Origin: an uncultured delta proteobacterium
GTDB taxonomy: Bacteria > Myxococcota_A > Polyangia > Fen-1088
DNA: 64,000 bases
Reading direction: 5' to 3'
Assembly: GCA_963755125.1 (NCBI GenBank)
Contig: CAVWIP010000012.1
Location: forward strand, 128,001 to 192,000
How positions within the stretch are numbered: the stretch's first letter is position 1; every line of letters begins with the position of its first letter. Under the pieces are notes generated by a model, which did no database searches, had not been told where the DNA came from, and was given only the letters and a program-made list of their open reading frames with translations. Position numbers and translations under genes: made by a program. This document shows, one piece after another, positions 37,701 through 45,260 of this stretch.

Positions 37701-40418
37701 GGAGAAGCAGATGACGTCGTCTTTGTCCTCGAGAATGCTGTCGGCCAGGGCCATGAGCGCGCGCTTGGGCCCCACCTCGACGAAGATGCGCGCCCCCTCC
37801 CGGTAGCAGGTCTCGACGCCCTTGACGAACTGGACCGAGGACGCCATCTGGTCGGCCAGGCGCCGCCGGATGGTGTCCATGTCGTGGGTCGGGTAGAGAT
37901 CCCCGTCGATGTTTCCCACCAGGGGAATGCGCGGGAACGCGATCTGCATCTCGCAGATGGTCCGGTAAAGCGCGTCGGATGCCGGTGCCACCACCTTGCT
38001 GTGGAAGGCGTGGGACACCGGGATGAGTTGCGCCGTCATGCCCAGCTTGTTGAAATAGTCGACCGCGCGGTCGACCGCATCGCTGGCGCCCGCAATCACG
38101 GTCTGCTTGCGGCTGTTGATGTTGGCCGGTGTGAGGTAGCCGCCGATCTCGGGCAGCCGGCTCACGATCTCGTCGGTGGGGCCGGCCACCGAGGCCATCT
38201 TGCCCTTGTCGCCGATGGACACCGAGGCCATGGCGCGCGCGCGTGCGCTCACCGCCACCAGTGCCTCGGGGAAGGTGACCATGCCCGCGCCCACAGCCGC
38301 GGCCCATTCGCCCAAACTGTGCCCCATCACGATGTCGGGCTTGACCCCGTGTTTGTCGAGCAGGCGCATGATGGCGATGTCGCTGGCCACCATGGCTGGC
38401 TGGCAGATGGTGGTGTCCTTCAGTGCCTCCTCGGCGGCTTGCACGGCAGCCGCATCAGCCTCGTTCTTGTAAACGTATGCGGTCAGCGGCTGACCCAGGA
38501 TGGGACCCATCACGCGGTCGGCCTCGGCAAAAGTTTCGCGCACGATCGGATCCGGAACATCGGCCAGCATGTTCACGTACTGTGAGCCCTGTCCCGGGAA
38601 GAGGAAGGCCACCTTGCCCGCTCGACCACACCGGAAGTGGATGCCCTTGCTCTGCAGCAGACGCCACTTCTTGGGCTCGTCCTTTTCAAGAGCTGCCAGA
38701 GCGGTCTCACCCTTCTTGACCAGATCGGCTGCATCCTCGAAGGCAATCACCAGACGTGCGGGCGCGGCCAGAAAGTCCGGTCCTGGCGGCTGGCGGTCGG
38801 GGGTCTGGCCGGCCTTGGCCCTTTCCAGCGCCTGGGTGAGGGCTGTGCGCACCGCCACCGCGTCGGCCCCGGACACGGCCAGCATGTTGCCCAGCATGGA
38901 CGGCCGGGTGTCCCGGGCCAGCGCGACCGAGGACGAGCCACCCGCGAAAGAAGCTGGCACCTGCACCAGCGGCTCACGCCGAGCCAACATGCCGGGCACA
39001 TACTCCTCGACCACCACGTGGAAATTGGTGCCGCCAAAGCCGAAGGCCGACAAGCCACAGCGCCGCGGACCGAACGACGGCTTCTCCCAGGGCTGGGCCT
39101 TGGTGTTCACGAACAGAGGCAGCTTGTCCCAGGGAATGTTGGGATTCGGCTCTTTGAAGTTGATCGAGGGCGGCAGAATCTTGTGGTGACAGGCCAGCAC
39201 GACCTTGAGCAGGCTGGCGGCGCCAGCCGCGCTCTTGAGGTGGCCGATCTGCGACTTGATCGAGCCGAGCGCAATCCGATGCTTGATGGGCGAGCCTTCG
39301 GAGAGCAGCTTGGCCACGGTTTCCATCTCGGCCACGTCCCCGGCCCGTGTCGAGGTGCCGTGGCCTTCCAGGAGTGTCATGGTCGCGGGGTCCAGTCCGG
39401 CGCGCTCCCAGGCGCGACGCAAGGCCAGAATCTGCCCGATGGGATTGGGCGCGGTGATGCCCTTGCCCTTGCCGTCGCTGGAGCCGCCCACGCCGCGGAC
39501 CACCGCGTAGATGCGATCGCCCGCCTTCTCCGCGTCCTGCAGACGCTTGCACACGAAGAAGGCACCGCCCTCGCCCATGATGAAACCCTTGGCGTGCTTG
39601 TCATAGGGCCGCGATCCGTCGGGCGAGAGTGCGCCGATCTTGCAGAACTTGATGAAGGTGGTGGCGCCCATGTTCCGATCCATGGCGCCGGTGACCACCA
39701 CGTCATAGTGGTGATCGACCAGACCGTCGACCGCGGATTGCAAAGCTGCCAGCGAGGAAGCGCAGGCGGCGTCGGTGGTGAAATTCGGTCCGCGCAGGTT
39801 GAGCACAGCGGCCACGCGGCCGGAGGTGATGTTGGTCAACTCGCCGGGCATGGTGTCTTCGGTGGTGTCCGGAAAACGCCGGTTCACCGACTCCCGCAAC
39901 TGCGCAACAAAGGCCGCGCGCTCGGCCTGGGGCAGCGACTGGAAGATCTGGGTGTCGGAGATGGCGTGCACGTACTCCGGCATGGAGAGGCGCAAGCAGG
40001 TCAGGTAGTGCAGCTCGCCGCCCATGGCATTGCCCAGGATCACGCCGGTCGATTCGGTGTCGAGCGGCCGGTCGGGATGGCCCGCGTCGCGTAGCGCCTC
40101 GGAAGCGCAGAGCAGAGCCCATTTCTGGCCGTCATCCATCGCGGCCGATACCGTGGGCGGAATGCGATACTTGGTGGGCTCGAAGGAAACGCCGCGCACC
40201 CAGCCGCCGATCTTTGAATAGGTCTTGCCCGGCGCCTTGGGATCAGCATCGTAGTAGTCAGCCTGGTTCCAGCGATCCAGGGTGACCTCGCTCACCGAGT
40301 CCCGGCCGGTCACGACGTTCTGCCAGAAGGCCTTGGCATCGAGCGCGTCGGGCAGTATGGCCCCCACGCCGATGATGGCGACGGCTCTCTCGGCCGGATC
40401 GCGTGTCGAACGACTCAT
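31785..40418 (-). CDS. Iterative type I PKS / PfaA-related lipid synthase, domains KS-AT-KS-ACP-ACP-ACP-ACP-KR-DH
   Basis: KS1: DAACASS, EGHGTST, GHLKSAAG. AT: FPGQGSQ, GHSLG, HAFHS. KS2: NAACAST, HETYT, GHPMG. Four ACPs: KTGYP...DLEADLGIDTVKQ. KR: VTGGAGAI, QADYSAGN. DH: HAIDGIPVLPG, YFHGP. Confidence 0.93.
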   Translation of the reverse strand: MSRSTRDPAERAVAIIGVGAILPDALDAKAFWQNVVTGRDSVSEVTLDRWNQADYYDADPKAPGKTYSKIGGWVRGVSFEPTKYRIPPTVSAAMDDGQKWALLCASEALRDAGHPDRPLDTESTGVILGNAMGGELHYLTCLRLSMPEYVHAISDTQIFQSLPQAERAAFVAQLRESVNRRFPDTTEDTMPGELTNITSGRVAAVLNLRGPNFTTDAACASSLAALQSAVDGLVDHHYDVVVTGAMDRNMGATTFIKFCKIGALSPDGSRPYDKHAKGFIMGEGGAFFVCKRLQDAEKAGDRIYAVVRGVGGSSDGKGKGITAPNPIGQILALRRAWERAGLDPATMTLLEGHGTSTRAGDVAEMETVAKLLSEGSPIKHRIALGSIKSQIGHLKSAAGAASLLKVVLACHHKILPPSINFKEPNPNIPWDKLPLFVNTKAQPWEKPSFGPRRCGLSAFGFGGTNFHVVVEEYVPGMLARREPLVQVPASFAGGSSSVALARDTRPSMLGNMLAVSGADAVAVRTALTQALERAKAGQTPDRQPPGPDFLAAPARLVIAFEDAADLVKKGETALAALEKDEPKKWRLLQSKGIHFRCGRAGKVAFLFPGQGSQYVNMLADVPDPIVRETFAEADRVMGPILGQPLTAYVYKNEADAAAVQAAEEALKDTTICQPAMVASDIAIMRLLDKHGVKPDIVMGHSLGEWAAAVGAGMVTFPEALVAVSARARAMASVSIGDKGKMASVAGPTDEIVSRLPEIGGYLTPANINSRKQTVIAGASDAVDRAVDYFNKLGMTAQLIPVSHAFHSKVVAPASDALYRTICEMQIAFPRIPLVGNIDGDLYPTHDMDTIRRRLADQMASSVQFVKGVETCYREGARIFVEVGPKRALMALADSILEDKDDVICFSTNHPKRGGVRSFHDAMCGFYAAGIPRPEDLVAALAGTPPATATATPTVSLPNSSHGATQIMSESPIRTSAGQPNYDGLGRLFARFLDEGMAMYGGRRAGPPALPEARSGSIVVSGAALGLPGQKQHVFDDGNVERILRGDSFIDPVPHVFRARMVEKNVVRLVKREVGEPSLDPIRSVDEVIRLAGRRGVFDIVEEFGVPRERVEAWDVTTALAIAAGIEALRDAGIPLVRHYRRTTTGSFLPDRWRLPVAMADETGVIFASAFPGYDNLVDEVTRFFAQRTGRSSYEFDRRFLFRILSMGHAQFAELLGIRGPNTQVNAACASTTMAVGMAEDWIRAGRCRRVLIIGADDVTSDNLLEWMGAGFLATGAATTEDVLEKAALPFDRRRNGMLLGMGACGLVVESEDSLRERGMRGLCEVLGSTFANSAFHGTRLDVDHIEGVMERLVSGVEQRHGIDRHAMARELVFISHETYTPARGGSASAEIFALRKTFGASANDLVVCNTKGFTGHPMGVGVEDAVAVKILEKQVVPPVPNYREPDPELGTLNLSKGGHYPVRYALRLAAGFGSQIAMTVLRRIDGLEERVADRAAYQRWLSEISGYPAPVLEVEKRTLRIKDIGQPAREPAQSSWTMGTGPSASLSDGAPMPAMPAPRVPLAPAVIATPAAQPAPAPVATAPSAASSAVTTVAAASGADAAMESVLKLVSDKTGYPRDMLDPDLDLEADLGIDTVKQAEVFALVRETFNIPRQDTLKLRDYPTLRHVVGFVKENRPDLVGAGAAAATATATTTATASVVAEKVLGLVAEKTGYPRDMLEMDLDLEADLGIDTVKQAEVFALVRETFNIPRQDTLKLRDYPTLRHVIGFVETNRPDLVTAVPMVDAKPATTTTTATATAPTTATATATTTTTATTSVVVEKVLGVVAEKTGYPRDMLELDLDLEADLGIDTVKQAEVFALVRETFNIPRQDNVKLRDYPTLRHVIGFVETNRPDLVAAAPAVVAAKPATTTTTSTTTTTTTASAVGSGNPIEEKVLELVAGKTGYPRDMLELDLDLEADLGIDTVKQAEVFALVREAFSIPRQDDVKLRDYPTLRHVIGFVNKYLPAAAPAAPTAPAPAVAAPTAVTAAADAAVGQSPFVSGLLRRPVVTLRPPLDSCKKTGVRLERGSRVVVVADSEGAGKLLCDELESRGVQVLRIDARPERAEIEAALQKWAKPGKPVGLYFLPALDRSASLADLDLVQFRKLYRDRVLLLHGAARGLYEGLGTPGSFVIAATRMGGQHGYGASGASNSVGGAVTGFTKTLRRERPDLLAKAVDFEDGASAETIARALLDETEQDPGAVEIGYAGGVRVTVGLEVMQAVPADAKPPLTLDENTVFAVTGGAGAITVAIVRDLAAASRGTFYLLDARAMPPESEHALLETVIKDREAAKREVFERIKAEKGRATPAQVEEKLFDLERQAGILEALRGVEQAGGRAFYRQVDVLDGAAVKAVVDNIRAESGRIDVILHAAGLERSRSLDRKPVEEFDLVFRVKADGLFNLLAATRDMDVKAIVGFSSVAGRFGNAGQADYSAGNDFMCKTLSWWAASRPGSLGIALDWTAWGGIGMATRGSIPEIMKRAGIDMLSPDEGLPVIRHALQAGFSGEAVVGHKLGILMEPFDKDGGIDPEGSLLARARERALPLPFDNVTFDLHQGMTAEIRLDPKVEPFLHDHAIDGIPVLPGVMGLETFAEAAWLLAPQHRVAALENVRFLAPMKYYRHEPRSVIVRARPVLGADGRVRVHTSLSSVQVVVGREPEEKLHFAGVVVLEQGTGPSARTAVDGAGPVGGIGHDDIYRVYFHGPAYRVLEMVNRLSSGKVVGTMRTPLPADTTNPNSTSMVGPRMVELCFQTAGVWEIGQTGQMGLPSVVERVTVFDPAPDGKTMVAELQPHASEDALSFDARVRDDEGKVYLTVQGYRTSRIPGGLPDEALGRFRGVIG
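34410..35610 (-). repeat. Four near-identical ACP-coding repeats separated by hexamer-repeat linkers
   Basis: gcctgcttgaccgtgtcgat occurs four times; gtggcc/gtggtc hexamer runs at about 34656-34697, 34976-35056 and 35329-35362 encode Thr/Ala tracts. Confidence 0.92.
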
Positions 40419-40526
40419 TTCAACTTCCTCCCAGATATCGAAAACGGAAAACCGGGCGCCCGCCGGCTCGCCCCGGCGTCCGAATCAAGCGAATGGTTGC
40501 CTGCCTCTTTTCTCTCTCTTGCTCGG

Positions 40527-42188
40527 CTACGCGCGAGCCGCGTCTTGCTCCACCAAGGCCTTGGCCACGACGTCCATATCGGCCATCAGGCCCTTCGCGC
40601 AAGCCGTGATGGCGCTGGCCCGGAGGGCGCGCTCGAAGTCGGCAATGCCTGCATCATCCACCGCATCCATACCGCGGACCAGACGAACCGCCAGACCCAG
40701 CACGTCAAGCGCCGCCTCGCGCGCGCAGATGCGCGACATGGCCTTGACGGCCGAAGGTGCGAAGAACGGCTGGTACTTGGGCGCGCTCCGGCCCGCAGCA
40801 TAGCGGGCGAAGTTGGCCGCGATCTCTGCCCGTGTCATCAACTCGCCCAGTTGGAATAGCACGTGCTGATTGCGGGTCAGACGGCCGACACGACAGCGCT
40901 CAGCCGTCTCCTGAACAACGTTTACCGCCAAGGCCGCCGCATCAGCCCCCACGTTGGCATCCTCGCGGTGCAGTGCTTCGAGTGAAGCAGCGATCTTCTT
41001 GTAGTACTGCCCGTGGTCCTGCAGGTGCAGGCGCCAGCGATCGCGCGATACCGTCCACTGCATGATCTCGCTGGTGCCTTCGTAGATCGTGGTGATGCGC
41101 ACATCGCGCCGGATCTTCTCGACCTCGTATTCCCTGGTGTAGCCGTAGCCGCCGTGCGCCTGGATGGCGGCGTCGGCCGCGGCGTTACCCGCCTCGGTGG
41201 CAAAGAGCTTCACGATCGCGCCCTCGGTCTGCAACTCCGGCTCGCCCTGGTCCAGCCGATGCGCCGTCTCTTCGATGAGAGCTCGCGCCGCCTCCAGCCT
41301 GACCACATGGGGAACGATCAACTTGTCCATGTAGCCCTGCTTTTCAGCCAGAGGCGAGCCGGCCTGCACGCGCTCACGCGAGTAGCGGATGGCCCTGAGC
41401 ATGGCCGCCACGCCGCCGCCCAGGCCAAAGGCTGCCACCATGAGGCGGGTGAAACCGAACACCGACTGGGCGTGAACCAATCCCTTGCCCTCCACGCCGC
41501 CCAGCAGGTTCTGCTTGGGAACGTACACGTCCTCGAAGCTGACCGGCGAGGTATTGGACGAGCGGATGCCCAGCTTGTTCTCGTGCTTGCCAGGAACCAG
41601 GCCCGGGGTTCCCTGCTCCACCGCGAAGAAGGTGGGCCCGTCGGGCGCCATGGCCAGCACCGTGTATAGCTGCGCGTAGCCGCCGTTGGAGATGAACTGC
41701 TTGGCGCCGTCGATCTTGTAGCCCTTGATTTCGTCGTTCTCCATCACCCGCTCGGCGCGCGTGCGAATGGCAGACAACTCGCTACCCGCCAGGGGCTCGG
41801 TCACGGCGTAGGCGACAATCAAGCCTTCGTCGGCAATTCGCCGCAGCCAGTAGGTCCGCTGCTCCTCGGTCGCGCCAACCACGATGGGGTCGGTTCCCAG
41901 AAAGATGGCCAGGAAGGCGGTCGCCACGCCCAGATCCAGCTTGGCCATCTCCTCCGAGACCCGATAGACGTCGTAGGCGTTGCCGCCCAGGCCGCCCAGT
42001 TCCTCGGGGATGAACAAGAGGTGCAGGCCGATTTCAGGCCCCAGCAACTCACGGATCAGGTCGAGCGGAAAGAGATCCTTCTCATCTAGGTCCAGCCTGA
42101 CCTTGAGCGGCAGCTTCTGCTTGCCAAACGAGGTCAGCGTGTCGATCAGGGTCTGGAGTGAATCTTTGTCGAGACCTGGGTTCTTCAT
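40527..42188 (-). CDS. Acyl-CoA dehydrogenase family protein with C-terminal extension
   Basis: AYAVTEPLAGS, IDGAKQFISNG, KLGIRSS, QAHGGYGY and IYEGTSEI. Confidence 0.92.
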   Translation of the reverse strand: MKNPGLDKDSLQTLIDTLTSFGKQKLPLKVRLDLDEKDLFPLDLIRELLGPEIGLHLLFIPEELGGLGGNAYDVYRVSEEMAKLDLGVATAFLAIFLGTDPIVVGATEEQRTYWLRRIADEGLIVAYAVTEPLAGSELSAIRTRAERVMENDEIKGYKIDGAKQFISNGGYAQLYTVLAMAPDGPTFFAVEQGTPGLVPGKHENKLGIRSSNTSPVSFEDVYVPKQNLLGGVEGKGLVHAQSVFGFTRLMVAAFGLGGGVAAMLRAIRYSRERVQAGSPLAEKQGYMDKLIVPHVVRLEAARALIEETAHRLDQGEPELQTEGAIVKLFATEAGNAAADAAIQAHGGYGYTREYEVEKIRRDVRITTIYEGTSEIMQWTVSRDRWRLHLQDHGQYYKKIAASLEALHREDANVGADAAALAVNVVQETAERCRVGRLTRNQHVLFQLGELMTRAEIAANFARYAAGRSAPKYQPFFAPSAVKAMSRICAREAALDVLGLAVRLVRGMDAVDDAGIADFERALRASAITACAKGLMADMDVVAKALVEQDAARA

Positions 42189-42262
42189 CAGTCTTGTGCC
42201 TTCCTGCGGCCAAGTGAATCGGTGGGAAAAGGGGGATACCCCGGCTGAAAGGCTCCGATGCT

Positions 42263-42279
42263 GGCACAAGCCGGGCCAA
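42263..42279 (-). promoter_or_regulatory. Candidate sigma54 (-24/-12) promoter for the acyl-CoA dehydrogenase/PKS operon
   Basis: Minus strand TTGGCCCGGCTTGTGCC has GG-N10-GC spacing, about 75 bp upstream of ATG 42188. Confidence 0.55.
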
Positions 42280-42337
42280 AATCAAAACCGGACGTCAGAG
42301 CAGGTGTTGCGCACCTCAAGATGCACATATCACACTG

Positions 42338-42350
42338 TAATCATTTGATT
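42338..42350 (-). promoter_or_regulatory. Candidate IHF binding site
   Basis: Minus strand AATCAAATGATTA matches WATCAANNNNTTR exactly, within an AT-rich island upstream of the sigma54-like site. Confidence 0.5.
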
Positions 42351-42587
42351 ATTTCTTTAACCATCGTGACGCAAAGATGTGCAAAACCGCTGCCATGTGC
42401 GTCGTCTCCTACACGCCCAGGTTGCCTGAAATGGCCCAGGTGCGACTCCCGACACGCACCCCTGCGGCCTTGGGTACGCACCAATACTGCACAGGCTCCT
42501 CTGCGCCCTCGACTCTCCCCTCTGTGTTCTCAGCCGACGCCGGCTAGCCCGCTGAACTCGCTCCCACCGGCCGCGACCCCGCTTCCA

Positions 42588-42989
42588 TTACTTCCAGCGG
42601 CTTTCACCACCTTCGGACTTCTTCTTGGCTGCTTCGGCAGCCTTCTCCTTGTCCTTCTTCGCCTGGGCCGCCCTGGCCTCTGCCTGCTTCTTCTTGTCGT
42701 TCTGCTGGATCCTCTTCAGGGCAGCCGCGGCGTCCTTCTCCTGTTGCTTGCGGCGCTGCTCCTCGCAGCCCGCCGGTTCACAGTCGCCTTCGCAGGCACA
42801 TTTCAACTTCTTCCCCTTGTTGCAATGGCACTGGTCCTGGGCGTCGCGATAGCAGCCGCAATCGTTGAGAGGCGTTGCAGCCGGCGGAGGCTCCGCTTCC
42901 GCCTTGGCGGCCTTCGATTTGGCAAAACCCAACCCTGGCGCCCAGACCAGAAGGCCGAATACTGCGATGATCGATGGCGTGATCCGCAT
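42588..42989 (-). CDS. Small exported protein with 8-Cys mini-domain and Lys/Glu-rich coiled-coil tail
   Basis: RBS ggag; signal peptide; CGC-x7-CHC-x7-CAC-x3-C-x4-C. Confidence 0.75.
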   Translation of the reverse strand: MRITPSIIAVFGLLVWAPGLGFAKSKAAKAEAEPPPAATPLNDCGCYRDAQDQCHCNKGKKLKCACEGDCEPAGCEEQRRKQQEKDAAAALKRIQQNDKKKQAEARAAQAKKDKEKAAEAAKKKSEGGESRWK

Positions 42990-43099
42990 GGCATTCTCCT
43001 CTTGCCAGGCATTATCACGTGAGCCACGAGCCGCGCAACCGTGTTGCGGCCTTGCGGCCGGCCCGCATCCATGATTGAAACACTCGACGGAGAAAGCCG

Positions 43100-43297
43100 A
43101 TGGGTACAAGCCTGACGACCCGTGACAGAACCGAAGCGCGAAAGAAGGGGCTGCTGGCGGTCGGAGCCTGGGGAGGCGCGGGACTGCTTGTCCTCACGCA
43201 TTGGCCACTGTGGTTCCCCTTGGCCGCTGCTGGGGGCGCAGGATACCTGACCTACAAATGGTTCATGTTCCGCGCGAAACGCGGCATGCGGTTCTAG
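43100..43297 (+). CDS. Small membrane protein (65 aa)
   Basis: RBS ggag; two hydrophobic segments; basic C-terminus WFMFRAKRGMRF. Confidence 0.65.
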   Translation: MGTSLTTRDRTEARKKGLLAVGAWGGAGLLVLTHWPLWFPLAAAGGAGYLTYKWFMFRAKRGMRF

Positions 43298-43301
43298 GAA
43301 C

Positions 43302-43937
43302 CTACGGCTCGATATAAAGCGGCGGTCCGGAAGGTCTCTGGGACTCGCCAGACGGGCCTCCGGGCTGGCTGCGCCCGACCTGGTGGAAAGTCAAGGGCAA
43401 GTCCACATGCACCGCATCTCCTTCGAATCGCGGAAACCGCATGTTCTGGACGGAGATCCGCACGCAGCGCTCGGCATCAGGGGGCGCCCCGTTGACGCGG
43501 ATAAGGCTGGGGCGTCCCGACGGATCAGCCTCGAACGACACCGCCACCATCGGGTTCTCGGCAGACGGCGAGAAGCAGGATGCCAGCGTCGCCATCGTGC
43601 CTTGAATCGCTACGTTCAGCGTGTCGCGGCTGAGTCCGTTCGGATTTCCGTTGAGCGTGCCCGCGTTTCCTGAGGCGGCGGGGTTGGCGGCGGCGGCCGG
43701 AGCTGGATCAGCTTCCACGAGCTCAGCCGACGGAGAAAAGCCCTCAAAACCTCGCAGCCTGCGCGGTCCCAAACGTTCGGGAGCCGCCTCCGGTGACGTT
43801 GGTATTGCCGGAAGGGGGGGCAATTCCCTCTTCTTGAGGCCCAAAGCCTCGCATCCCGCGCCCGACCATGCCAGCACCAGCATCAGGCCGAGCGTGACCG
43901 GCCCTGCTGGCAAGCTGTGCGACGACTTCGTCCGCAT
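43302..43937 (-). CDS. Putative lipoprotein with a TonB-C/AgmX-C-like small C-terminal domain
   Basis: LVLAWSGAGC lipobox-like segment; Pro-rich linker; LASCF...ERCVR..VQNMRFPRF...VDLPLTF. Start uncertain. Confidence 0.55.
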   Translation of the reverse strand: MRTKSSHSLPAGPVTLGLMLVLAWSGAGCEALGLKKRELPPLPAIPTSPEAAPERLGPRRLRGFEGFSPSAELVEADPAPAAAANPAASGNAGTLNGNPNGLSRDTLNVAIQGTMATLASCFSPSAENPMVAVSFEADPSGRPSLIRVNGAPPDAERCVRISVQNMRFPRFEGDAVHVDLPLTFHQVGRSQPGGPSGESQRPSGPPLYIEP

Positions 43938-44056
43938 TCTCTCATTGTATCGGAAGGTCATCGACGTCGCTTGAACGGGAGCGACTCCTTTGCTGCATGC
44001 CGCCATATCGTAGGTGCCGAGCCGGAACCGTCGAAGCGGTGTAGTGTCATTCGCCG

Positions 44057-44983
44057 ATGCGTATCGGAGTTGACCTGGGCGGAAGCAAGACTGAAAGCGT
44101 TGCCATCGACGACGCCGGAATCGAACGCGCACGATTGCGCGTACCCACGCCCAGCCACAGCTACGACGAGATCGTCGCATCCATCGTGCGTCTGGTGCGC
44201 GACACCGAGGCCCGCGTCGGGCAGACGGGCACGGTCGGCATAGGAATCCCCGGCGCCGTGTCTCCCGCCACCGGGCTGGTCAAGAATGCCAACACGGTCG
44301 TGCTCATCGGGCGCACACTTGATCGCGACCTGGCGCACGCCCTGGACCGGCCTGTGCGGGTGGCCAACGACGCCAACTGCTTCGCGCTCTCGGAAGCCTC
44401 GGACGGGGCGGGTGCCGGCGCCAGGGTCGTCTTCGGCGTCATCGTGGGCACGGGAACGGGCGGCGGCGTGGTGGTGGATGGGAAGCTGCTGACCGGGCCA
44501 CACGCCATCGCAGGCGAATGGGGGCACAACCCCTTGCCCTGGCCTCACGACGATGAGCGCCCGGGCCCACCTTGCTACTGCGGAAAGAACGGCTGCATCG
44601 AAACCTTCCTGGCTGGGCCCAGCCTGGCCCGCGACCATCAGCTTCACACCGGTGAAGCGCGGGACGCGGGCGACATCGCCCGGCGCGCTGAAGCCGGCGA
44701 CGCGGTTGCCGTGGCAACCATGACTCGCTATGAGGATCGCATGGCGCGGGGGCTGGCGTCGGTGATCAACCTTCTCGATCCCGATGTCATCGTCTTGGGC
44801 GGCGGGGTCTCGAACATCGCGCGCCTGTATCGTGAGGTTCCGCTGCGGTTGGGCCAGTACGTATTCTCGGACACGGTGAGCACGCCCGTCGTCCCAGCCC
44901 GCCACGGCGATTCCAGCGGGGTGCGCGGGGCCGCCTGGCTGTGGCCGCTTCCCCCTAGCGCATCTGCCGCCGGACCTGGATGA
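44057..44983 (+). CDS. ROK family sugar kinase (fructokinase/Mak-like)
   Basis: GVDLGGSK, GIGIPG, ANDANCFALSE, GTGTGGG, GEWGH and CYCG..GCIE. Confidence 0.92.
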   Translation: MRIGVDLGGSKTESVAIDDAGIERARLRVPTPSHSYDEIVASIVRLVRDTEARVGQTGTVGIGIPGAVSPATGLVKNANTVVLIGRTLDRDLAHALDRPVRVANDANCFALSEASDGAGAGARVVFGVIVGTGTGGGVVVDGKLLTGPHAIAGEWGHNPLPWPHDDERPGPPCYCGKNGCIETFLAGPSLARDHQLHTGEARDAGDIARRAEAGDAVAVATMTRYEDRMARGLASVINLLDPDVIVLGGGVSNIARLYREVPLRLGQYVFSDTVSTPVVPARHGDSSGVRGAAWLWPLPPSASAAGPG

Positions 44984-45239
44984 AGGTGGAAACCACCAGG
45001 AAGAGCCCCAGCAGGATCCAGATGATGCCCCAGCGGATGTGCCGGTGCTGCTCGGGACCGCGTTCGAGACGCTCTTCGGGCTCGCTGGCCCGATCGCCGG
45101 AGGCTTCCTCCCCGATCTGGTCGTCGTCGGGACGCGTGCGCAGCCGCGGAGCACCCAGATACTTGACCCGAAGGGTGCCAAATAGGATGAGCACGCACCC
45201 GACGGCGTAGGGAATCGCGGGAGGGATATTGAGCTGCAT
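44955..45239 (-). CDS. Small two-TM membrane protein
   Basis: RBS ggag; two hydrophobic helices flanking an acidic loop; co-directional with the RNase Y-like gene. Confidence 0.6.
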   Translation of the reverse strand: MQLNIPPAIPYAVGCVLILFGTLRVKYLGAPRLRTRPDDDQIGEEASGDRASEPEERLERGPEQHRHIRWGIIWILLGLFLVVSTFIQVRRQMR

Positions 45240-45260
45240 CGCTTCTCCAGCTATGTGTCC

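Noticed and set aside
31785..40418. Assigning the gene symbol pfaA and a PUFA product
   Set aside because: The extra active KS, the Thr-type ACPs and the absence of pfa partner genes make that call unsupported.
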